64,000 nucleotides of DNA from the NCBI GenBank assembly GCA_019359505.1, contig JAHHHD010000019.1:1-64000 (forward strand). The letters run 5' to 3'. Origin of the DNA: Drouetiella hepatica Uher 2000/2452 (GTDB lineage: Bacteria > Cyanobacteriota > Cyanobacteriia > Elainellales > Elainellaceae). Shown piece after piece: positions 1-7,684 of the stretch (position 1 is its first letter; each line of letters opens with the position of its first letter). Under the pieces are notes generated by a model. The model was not told the origin of the DNA and searched no databases. It saw only the letters and a program-made list of their open reading frames with translations. The translations under genes were made by a program, and so were the position numbers.

Positions 1-147
1 TATCAATTTCCGTATATACAAATAACTTATAATAAGGATATACTTGACATTTAATATGCATCAATATAGTTTCAGAAACTATATTGATGCATATTAAATG
101 TCAAGTATATCCTTATTATAAGTTATTTGTATATACGGAAATTGATA
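1..147. repeat. Perfect 147-bp palindrome (73-nt arms around A74) abutting the window start
   Basis: Positions 1-73 are the exact reverse complement of 75-147, checked base by base. The arm could continue beyond the window edge. Confidence 0.95.
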
Positions 148-240
148 AGGACTATGTATGGCACCGTTTCACTCCTCAACTATGCGATCGCCTGTGTAAT
201 CTGTGAAAGCCTTGTATATCAATAGTTGTGGCGTTTACTG

Positions 241-546
241 GGTTTATCCATATCAGAAATTGTATATACATCTATATTTGTATTCATATCAATGATAGGC
301 ATATCTATATCAGGATTGTATATACATGACACATCTATATCAGAACTGCTTATCCTTATTTGTATTTTTGTTGGGCGACTGATAGAGATATAAGAGATTT
401 ATATCGGTCGAATTATCAAGGTTTTAGCCTAAAGCTATGTACTTAGAGCTTTCCACGGTTTGAATGTATATGTGTATCTTTACTAAATAGTTTAGATAGT
501 GATTGCAATTTGATATAGATAACACTATGATATAGATGTGGATAAG
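241..546. promoter_or_regulatory. Iteron-like repeat cluster with a consensus DnaA box; candidate origin or operator region
   Basis: There are two copies of ATATCAGRAWTTGTATATACAT (249-274, 305-328). The ATCTATATC core recurs at about 270, 303 and 333, and inverted (GATATAGAT) at about 511 and 529. TGTGGATAA at 537-545 is TTATCCACA on the minus strand. Confidence 0.5.
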
Positions 547-619
547 TTGATACGTTTCAAGTTCTTCTTCGGCTCACCTCCAGCGGCTCTCGCTTCACTA
601 GCCGATCATCCTTTCATCA

Positions 620-994
620 ATGGAGTTTCAAACCATGACCGCTCAAGACTTCCTAACTGCTCTCTCGATCTCGACTTTGATTTTCTCTGTTCTCAACTTT
701 GGTTTATTGTTCGTCATCGGCATGGCTGACCGTTCACGGCTCCTCAGCCAGACGGCTAAGCTTCCTCATTCACCTACGCCCACTATCGCCCTTCCTGCTC
801 TTATCCTGCCTTCCATATCGGTAAATCAAGCAGACCAAAACCTAGATTCTCAGCTAAGACAGATTGCACAGCTCGATCAGGTAGCAACTGATTCACGCTT
901 AACCGCTATCGCTCTTCGCTCTACAGCAAAGAAGAGCCGCAAGACAACAACTAAGGCTAAGACCCTCAACAAAACCTCTACAGCCTCTCTATAG
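620..994 (+). CDS. Hypothetical protein with an N-terminal TM helix; an in-frame TAG at 992-994 is followed by 50 more open codons to 1147
   Basis: From the ORF track. A hydrophobic stretch LSISTLIFSVLNFGLLFVIG sits near the N-terminus. The in-frame extension encodes a HeH/SAP-like motif (SDLRNLCSTHQIAWRDANGKNQYLTKAQMLSAL). Confidence 0.5.
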   Translation: MEFQTMTAQDFLTALSISTLIFSVLNFGLLFVIGMADRSRLLSQTAKLPHSPTPTIALPALILPSISVNQADQNLDSQLRQIAQLDQVATDSRLTAIALRSTAKKSRKTTTKAKTLNKTSTASL

Positions 995-1248
995 ACCAAC
1001 TCAGTCAAAAAGCACCCATCTGTCAGTGATCTACGAAACCTCTGCTCAACACATCAGATCGCATGGCGTGACGCCAACGGCAAAAATCAATACCTGACTA
1101 AGGCTCAAATGCTCTCAGCTCTTTCGCAAAAAGGAGTAAGAGTCTAACAGCACCCTACGCCTGTCTGCTAGGAGCGGGCAGGCAGAAATAGAAACTGTTA
1201 TCAGGGATAAGACAAATCTCAGACAAACAACTATAGGACTCTCAACTC

Positions 1249-1656
1249 ATGGCTAGACCTGTTTACGAAATCATCTATTCCAAGCTTCAGAAAGTTTTAG
1301 GAGACCTCTCTCAGCTACCTGACTCTATGAAGCTTGAAGCTCCTGGCTTTATGGATCTAAGTATGAACGTTCTGGAGAGAGAATCTGACCATATCAGAAT
1401 TGCACTCTCTCACTACTACTCGCAAAACGGGGATCTAGTTCCTGATCCAGATATGGAAATTCGCATTTTTCCAGAGTCGGAAATGGCAGAAGCTATGACA
1501 TATCAAGACTCTTACAGCTATCAGGAAGTCTATCCTACACCTCAAACCGTTAGCCCTCGACTAAAGGTTGAACTAAACCGTTTTCTTAACCAGTGGCTTA
1601 CAAACATCATTGACCAGAAGCACAAGCCAGTACAAAGCAAGTCTCATACTGCCTAA
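1249..1656 (+). CDS. Hypothetical protein (135 aa)
   Basis: Clean ORF with an ATG start and no overlapping competitor. No motif recognised with confidence. Confidence 0.55.
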   Translation: MARPVYEIIYSKLQKVLGDLSQLPDSMKLEAPGFMDLSMNVLERESDHIRIALSHYYSQNGDLVPDPDMEIRIFPESEMAEAMTYQDSYSYQEVYPTPQTVSPRLKVELNRFLNQWLTNIIDQKHKPVQSKSHTA

Positions 1657-2051
1657 CCCTCATATATCACTCTAGGGAAGGAAAATTATCTTATGTACTG
1701 TGCAATTCCTGTATCAACCTAACTGATTAACATAACTCATTAGTCTCTAAAAGCCTTGCGTAAAGGGACTTTCAAGAATCCTAATATCGTCCATTTTATG
1801 TCTAATAAGTATCATCTAGTTGACAATTTATCGTTCACAGACCATTCGCAGTAAGTCAGGAGTGTTAAGGAAAGATTGGGAATACTAAATTACCATCTAA
1901 ATGATGATAAATAGATGTAAAATGGATGATTCTATAACTGCTGAAAGCTATGTAGGATAGGCTTTTAAGCTGTTATGACGAGCATACTTAAATAGTGCTC
2001 TTATAGATAATTTTTACAGCATAACTTGTTTTTCTTTTTCTAGAGTGATTA

Positions 2052-2535
2052 ATGAGGGCTAAGATGCAAAACTCTATTTTTGACCTATCACAAGATGAAA
2101 TAGAGGCATTCTCTGAGCCGATCGCCTTAAAGCCTCTCTTGAGCTTTAAGGCGATCGCTCATAGCGACCTTAACTGCTGGACAACTGAAGCTGCCAAAAT
2201 CTGCTCTCTAAAAGAGCTACAGACGCTCTATCGTATAATCGGCATTCCTCGCAGTGGGAACCTCAACAAGGTTCTCTTTCGCCCGGTCATCGGTCGAATC
2301 GGCGGAGATGCTCTATCGGCTCAGACAGTTCGACCGAAACCCAGACAAGGATCACACAGTCCAGCAGGTTCAGTTCTTGGCTCAAGCCTACAGCGGCGAA
2401 GAGCTAAAGACATTCTGCAAGATTGCGGGTATCTATGCTCCATCCACTAAGTACGGAATGGCAGCAGCACTGATCAAATTCAGAAGAGCTGCTAGAAGAA
2501 GAGGAATGGAGTTTATCGCACAAGCTCAAAAATAA
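2052..2535 (+). pseudogene. HeH/SAP-motif protein split between two overlapping frames (2052-2450 and 2254-2535); frameshift near 2300
   Basis: Frame 1 carries SLKELQTLYRIIGIPRSGNLNK. The +1 frame carries a second similar motif, YSGEELKTFCKIAGIYAPSTKYGMAAALIKF. Both frames look protein-like only on their respective sides of about 2300. Confidence 0.45.
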
Positions 2536-2752
2536 CCACGAAAGAACAGACAGCTTAGGCTTTTCTAAAGACACCTCAACCCCATACCTGGCAAGCCAAG
2601 TATCTGTCCATAGACCTAATGCAAAAGTAAAAGAGTAGATTTCAACCAAAAACACTGCCCTAAAAGGTCTTAGAAAAGAATCTCAAACTCATTAACACTG
2701 CTTCTAAGAAGAGAAAAACAAGGCTACAAGCCAGTATTATCAACGGTTTACG

Positions 2753-2930
2753 TGAATTACACAATTTGATAATTGTGTAATTCATTAATTGTGTAATTAA
2801 CATATTGCATAATTCAATAATTGTGTAATGATTAAATGATGTAATTGTTAAATAATGTAATGATGCAATTTAATCATTATGTAATGATGTAATTTAATAA
2901 TTACATCATTTGTAAATTACATCATTCAGG
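2753..2930. repeat. Centromere-like (parS/parC) repeat array upstream of parA
   Basis: Multiple copies of AATTGTGTAATT / AATTACACAATT and ATGATGTAATT / AATTACATCAT occur in both orientations, directly abutting the parA start. Confidence 0.6.
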
Positions 2931-2935
2931 ATTTT

Positions 2936-3736
2936 ATGCTAATAATCTCTGCTATGTCTCTGTCCGGTGGACAAGGAAAAAGCAGCACAATTTTATTTAC
3001 GGCTAAAATGCTTGCCGAAGCTGGTTACACAGTTTTAGCAGTAGATGCAGATCCACAAGGCAATTTATCTACGTTTTTACAGCATGACTTACAGCCGAAC
3101 GAGCCAACCTTGCTTGAAGTTGTGAAAGGCTCCGTAGCTTTGGAAGACGGCATTTATCCCGTAAAGGACTACGATCGCTTGTTCCTCATCCCTGCTGACG
3201 ATGCCTTAGAAGGGTTGCAAGACTACCTCAGCACTAGCGGAATAGGGGCTTTGATGATGAAGCAGCGGCTAGAGCCAGCCAAGGGCAATTTTGATATTTG
3301 CCTAATAGACCCTCCTCCTCAGAGATTCCAGCTAAGTCGCTCAGTTATAGGAGCATCAGAGCAAATCATCATTCCAGTAGAGCTAAATGTTAAGGGCTTT
3401 GGAAGCTTAATCAGAACTACTGCCGCAATTCAAGAATTCATTGAATTCAAAATTTGCCATCCTGAAATTCTAGGGGTGCTGCCCTTTAGAGATCGTTGGA
3501 CTGGACTAAACAGGACTATTGAATGTGAGACATGGTTAAACCATATGCAAGGAGAGATAGCGCCTGAATTGTTTCTACCCTCTTTGCGAGAATCGACAAA
3601 AGTAGTACGGGCGATCAGTTCAGGTTTGCCTCTATCGGCTCTGACTTCACCAGAAGACAAATACCCGTTAGATGAGCCATTCAAGGAATTGCTAAAAAGA
3701 GTGACAAGTAAGATGGAGAAACATTCTAATGTCTGA
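2936..3736 (+). CDS. parA: ParA/Soj-family partition ATPase
   Basis: Deviant Walker A SLSGGQGKSST, the DADPQGNLS motif, a 266-aa size, and repeat arrays on both sides of the operon. Confidence 0.9.
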   Translation: MLIISAMSLSGGQGKSSTILFTAKMLAEAGYTVLAVDADPQGNLSTFLQHDLQPNEPTLLEVVKGSVALEDGIYPVKDYDRLFLIPADDALEGLQDYLSTSGIGALMMKQRLEPAKGNFDICLIDPPPQRFQLSRSVIGASEQIIIPVELNVKGFGSLIRTTAAIQEFIEFKICHPEILGVLPFRDRWTGLNRTIECETWLNHMQGEIAPELFLPSLRESTKVVRAISSGLPLSALTSPEDKYPLDEPFKELLKRVTSKMEKHSNV

Positions 3737-4136
3737 CGCCAGTAAAGACATGGTAGATCGCATCAAGAATCGTGCGGGAAGGGCAACCGTCCCAGAGCGT
3801 AATATGTCACTTGTTGAAATCTCTCCGAGTAAACCAGAAGCCCCTAACACACCAAGCTCTCTCCCTTCTAGTTCTGAACTAAAAGGGCTTCCTGAAGTTG
3901 GATCAAGGAGGCAGATTAGACTGGAAACCGTGTTAGATTCTGAAATTGAAGATTTTTGCAAGCGGAATAAAATAACGATGGAAACCTACTTTGAAGCACT
4001 TCACCTTGTCTGTAAAGGCAATGCCGGACTGGTTGAAGAAGCTATAAAGGAGGCTAAGGAGAGACTTTTAGCTAGGAAAAAAGCGGGTAGAATCAGACGT
4101 TTACAGACCCAGATAAAACAAGAATTCACTGAGTGA
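3729..4136 (+). CDS. Probable centromere-binding partner of ParA (ParB/ParG-like adaptor, family unrecognised)
   Basis: 8-nt overlap with the parA stop suggests translational coupling. It is a small charged protein in the position expected of a par adaptor. Confidence 0.5.
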   Translation: MSDASKDMVDRIKNRAGRATVPERNMSLVEISPSKPEAPNTPSSLPSSSELKGLPEVGSRRQIRLETVLDSEIEDFCKRNKITMETYFEALHLVCKGNAGLVEEAIKEAKERLLARKKAGRIRRLQTQIKQEFTE

Positions 4137-4206
4137 TTTGTAAATTACATCATTTATGAATTACACAATTTGATAATGATGTAATTTACAAATTGTGTAA
4201 TTCATA
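4137..4206. repeat. Second centromere-like repeat block downstream of the par operon
   Basis: Blocks TTTGTAAATTACATCAT and TTATGAATTACACAATT are followed by their reverse complements in the same order (1,2,1',2'). These are the same two motif families as at 2753-2930. Confidence 0.55.
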
Positions 4207-4267
4207 AATAAATCAGTTTATTGTTTCTAGTTTATGGTTTATTGTTCTGTCGAGCCTTTTAATTTTT

Positions 4268-4298
4268 CAGACTGAACTTACTTCAGTCTGAATTTTTT
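4268..4298 (+). terminator. Rho-independent-type hairpin between the par operon and repA
   Basis: CAGACTGAA / CTTAC loop / TTCAGTCTG, followed by AATTTTTT. An A/T run also lies 5' of the stem, so it could act bidirectionally. Confidence 0.5.
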
Positions 4299-4308
4299 AT
4301 GAGTCACT

Positions 4309-5220
4309 ATGAAAAAGCAAAGTCAAACTATTCCAATACTTATCGAAGTTTTTTCTGTTGACTCAGAGAGTCAGAATAGACTGGATCTGTTCATCTGCAA
4401 TACTATCAATTTCAGTCCTAAAGACGATCTGGGAAGTATGGAGTATCCTGTCTTCACATTATCAACTAAGCGAAAATACAATGTCAGACGATATGAGAGA
4501 AATGGAACTTTTATTGAGATAACTCCAAGTGTATTAGGTCATGCAACTATTTTTGATAATGATATTTTAATTTATTGCATAAGCCAGCTAGTTGCAGGTC
4601 TAAATGCAGGTCGACAAATTGGAAGAACTGTAAGGTTTCCGGCTTTTAATTTTTTTGCTAACACTCATCGAGATGCAGGCGGTAAGGAATATTCTCTATT
4701 AGCCCAATCACTTGTGCGATTGAGAGGTACAACCATAACTTCAAATTTAACCACTGAAGATCCCATCACAAAAGAAGTTACCAAACTTGTTGGAGCAGGG
4801 TTAATTGAAAATTTTACAATCTATAAAAAATCAGCAGAAACAGAGGAAATAGGTACAGTCGAAATTACTCTATCTAAATGGCTCTATAACGCCGTACAAG
4901 CCAAAGAGGTTTTAACCCTTGATCAGAAATATTTTGAGTTACGGAAAGCCTTAGAACGTCGGATATACCTTTTAGTGCGTAAGCATTGCGGAAATCAACC
5001 AAGCTGGAAAATTAGCCTTAAGCTGTTACTGGAAAAAAGTGGTTCTGAATCGGAAAGAAGAGAGTTTAGAAGAATGATAAAATTTATTTGCGATAGTGAC
5101 ACTCTTCCAGGCTACAAAATGAACTATGTTGAGACAGAAGACTTTGTTTTATTTCAAAATAGAATTAATAAAGAAACTGTAAAAGATGCAATCACACAAC
5201 TCGTTCTAAACCTAAAATAG
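4309..5220 (+). CDS. repA: Replication initiator protein A (RPA / PF10134-like RepA)
   Basis: N-terminal pattern MEYPVFTLSTKRK...IEITPSVLGHATIFDNDILIYCISQL...RTVRFPAFNFF...GGKEYSLLAQSLVRLRGTTITSN matches my recollection of the RPA family consensus. Iterons lie immediately downstream. Confidence 0.8.
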   Translation: MKKQSQTIPILIEVFSVDSESQNRLDLFICNTINFSPKDDLGSMEYPVFTLSTKRKYNVRRYERNGTFIEITPSVLGHATIFDNDILIYCISQLVAGLNAGRQIGRTVRFPAFNFFANTHRDAGGKEYSLLAQSLVRLRGTTITSNLTTEDPITKEVTKLVGAGLIENFTIYKKSAETEEIGTVEITLSKWLYNAVQAKEVLTLDQKYFELRKALERRIYLLVRKHCGNQPSWKISLKLLLEKSGSESERREFRRMIKFICDSDTLPGYKMNYVETEDFVLFQNRINKETVKDAITQLVLNLK

Positions 5221-5287
5221 AATCTTGTTTTATAAATTTTTTTAGGGCTTCAAATATCCAAAAAACAACATCAAATTTAGAAGGTCT

Positions 5288-5493
5288 ACCTGTGAATCAC
5301 TACGGGATATCACACACGCTTACCTGTGAATCACCACGGGATATCACACACACACCCGCACGGGATATCACACACACCTCTTATTTTATTAATTAGTTAA
5401 TTCAAATAGTTACGCCCTCTTTTTTTTGCTTAACTACGTGCGCGCGTTTCTTAACTTCTTTTATAAATCTTTAACACGATCGCCTGTGGATAA
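5288..5493. promoter_or_regulatory. Candidate oriV: RepA iterons, an AT-rich stretch and a DnaA box
   Basis: TACCTGTGAATCACYACGGGATATCACACAC occurs twice (5288-5318, 5321-5353), with a partial third copy GCACGGGATATCACACACAC (5358-5377). An AT-rich tract at 5380-5420 follows, then TGTGGATAA at 5485-5493 (TTATCCACA on the minus strand). Confidence 0.65.
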
Positions 5494-6072
5494 CTCTTCA
5501 CTTCACCAAACCCAAAAAAGTGCTGTGGTTGACCCGGAGTGACTTCGTAACTTCACCCACGGTCTTTGGCTTTTAAGGTGGGGAAATAGAACTAGATAAG
5601 CTTTGGTTAGCTCCAATCTTCCCCTTAGACCATCCTCTAGCAGGCACCTATGGGGCTAAAGCACAACTTTATACTCCAACCCATACAATCCTACGCCTTA
5701 GCTAAATAACGTAGCTTAAAAAGGATTTTACGAGGTCGGCTAAACCTAGTTTTCCAGATCTTCCCTTTCTACTCTCTGAGTGGCTCACTACCTCAGCATC
5801 TTTCAGTACGGTGCTTTAGCGTCTCCTCTCTGTGACTATTTCGAGACTTTTTACCTTAGTCCATACAGATCCATGTTAATTCCTTAAACTCTCAACTATG
5901 GGGCAACTAGACGGCTCTGAGCATAAATCAAAAGATGAATCTCTTTCCACTAAAAACTTACAGACTTCGAGCGACACAAAATCACCTCAATAAAACACCA
6001 ACTGAATCATTGAAAAAACTCAATAAATAAACTATGTTTCCAGAAATGCTGTTTTGAAGTGACTAAAGGAGT

Positions 6073-6384
6073 ATGTACACGAAACCCAAACTAATTTCAT
6101 TCAGGATGGAAGGCAGAGAACTCACAAAGCTAACTAATCGAGCTGCTGAGTTTGGAATAAGCCCTGCTGTTTTTGCTAAAAAGCTTGTCAGCGATAATCT
6201 TGAAAGGAAAACGGATGAAGAGCTAACAGAGCAGTTTGAGCTGTTGCAAAGCAAGATTGAGGCTTCAAATGAACGGGTTCTCTCCTACATCAAAGAAGTC
6301 TTCTATGTGCTAAGCGATATTCCACGAGAAGAGCTTGATAAAATACTCACCCCAGATACCCTTACTTCAGCAACAGATGATTAA
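6073..6384 (+). CDS. Relaxosome accessory protein, ribbon-helix-helix / MobC-like
   Basis: AAGGAG RBS 6 nt upstream. The N-terminal KPKLISFRMEGRELTKLTNRAAEFGISPAVFAKKLV fits an RHH pattern, and the gene sits directly upstream of the relaxase. Confidence 0.6.
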   Translation: MYTKPKLISFRMEGRELTKLTNRAAEFGISPAVFAKKLVSDNLERKTDEELTEQFELLQSKIEASNERVLSYIKEVFYVLSDIPREELDKILTPDTLTSATDD

Positions 6385-6401
6385 TTTTTTCAAATACTTA
6401 G

Positions 6402-7679
6402 ATGTTGACAATCTCTGCCGTTGGTGGTGGCAAATGGAAATACTTCCTCTCGATCGCTAAAGAAGAGCTTCTCAGCGAGGAAGAGATAGAAGGGTACTGG
6501 CTTGGGGCTGGGGCTGAGAAGATTGGGCTTAAAGGAAACGTCAAAAAGCAGCATTTTAAGAACGTTTTTGAGGGGTTTGCACCCAGAAACAAGCAAATAA
6601 AGCTTGTTAGGAATGCAGGTGGTGCTGACAGACAGGGCGGCTGGGACTTAGTTTTCTCTGCTCCAAAATCGGTAAGCGTTGCCTTTAGTCAGCTCTCAGA
6701 TAAAGTGCCAGAAAAAAAGACAATTCTTGAGATCCATCACAGAGCTTTAGAGAAGGGAATTGATTTTCTAACTGAGCAGACCTACACAAGACGTTTTGAA
6801 ACTGGGGTAGGGAAAAGCGAGGAAAGAGCGGGACTTGTCATTGCTGCCTTTACTCACCAAACCTCAAGACTCAATGACCCACTACTTCACACCCATGCCC
6901 TCTTTATCAATCTTTGCTCACGCGCGGATGGCTCTACAGGCTCAATTAACAGCCGTCAACTGTATGTACTCCAAAAAGAAGCCGGAACGTTATACAGGGC
7001 AGAATTAGCCCTCGGGCTAGAGCATCATTTAGGGCTTCGCCTGCACCGTAAAGAGAGCTGGTTTGAGATTGACGGTATCCCGGATGAAGCCATAGATTTC
7101 TTCTCAAAGCGTCGAAATGAGATAGAAGCACGGCTTAATAAGCTTGGCTTTCACTCAGCTCAGGCTAAAGAGTACGCAAACTTTGATACTCGGAAAGCCA
7201 AGGGATACAAGAGCAGGCATGAGCTTTTCTTGGACTGGCAGGAACAGGGAAAGGCTTTAGGACTCTCAGAAGGGCTTATTCTTGACCTGTTTGGGAAAGA
7301 GCAGATCAGACGCGATCGCACTGAACAAATTCAAATCGTTGTGGATGAGGTCTCTAAGCGTCTGGCTCAGAGCAATAAACCGTTCACTAACCGGGATGTT
7401 TATCGCCTGGTCGCAGAAGAGTCACAATGCAGAGGGGTAGGGCTTGAACTTGCCTGCTCGATCGCTAAAGGCTATCTGGCTTCTGATGATGTCCAGATGA
7501 TAAAAGAATTCCAGAAGAGCCAACTTTACGAGAGTAAGCGTCAAGAGCCTCTAATCCAAGCATCTCAAAATATTGATACGGATAGGGATAGAGATTACAT
7601 CTCACATCGACCCATCATAGAAATTCCAAGGGCTTCAAACATGGGTCAAATCGAGCATACTCTTATCATTCAACGGTAG
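6402..7679 (+). CDS. MOBF / TrwC-type conjugative relaxase domain protein (no helicase domain)
   Basis: N-terminal MLTISAV...GYWLGAGAEKIGLKG and the histidine triad HQTSRLNDPLLHTHALF. Confidence 0.85.
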   Translation: MLTISAVGGGKWKYFLSIAKEELLSEEEIEGYWLGAGAEKIGLKGNVKKQHFKNVFEGFAPRNKQIKLVRNAGGADRQGGWDLVFSAPKSVSVAFSQLSDKVPEKKTILEIHHRALEKGIDFLTEQTYTRRFETGVGKSEERAGLVIAAFTHQTSRLNDPLLHTHALFINLCSRADGSTGSINSRQLYVLQKEAGTLYRAELALGLEHHLGLRLHRKESWFEIDGIPDEAIDFFSKRRNEIEARLNKLGFHSAQAKEYANFDTRKAKGYKSRHELFLDWQEQGKALGLSEGLILDLFGKEQIRRDRTEQIQIVVDEVSKRLAQSNKPFTNRDVYRLVAEESQCRGVGLELACSIAKGYLASDDVQMIKEFQKSQLYESKRQEPLIQASQNIDTDRDRDYISHRPIIEIPRASNMGQIEHTLIIQR

Positions 7680-7684
7680 GAGAT

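Noticed and set aside
1-147. Calling the palindrome a hairpin telomere outright
   Set aside because: No protelomerase or telomere-binding gene is visible in the 64 kb. A contig-end assembly fold-back would look identical, so it is kept as an open finding and not as a feature call.
5500-6060. About 570 bp of apparently non-coding DNA between the RepA origin and mobC, examined for tRNA, ncRNA or oriT
   Set aside because: Only short, widely spaced inverted repeats were found (GCTAAAGCAC at about 5656 and GTGCTTTAGC at about 5811) and a 31-codon ORF at 5898. There is no cloverleaf or convincing structure. oriT 1 may be here, but I cannot point to a nic site.
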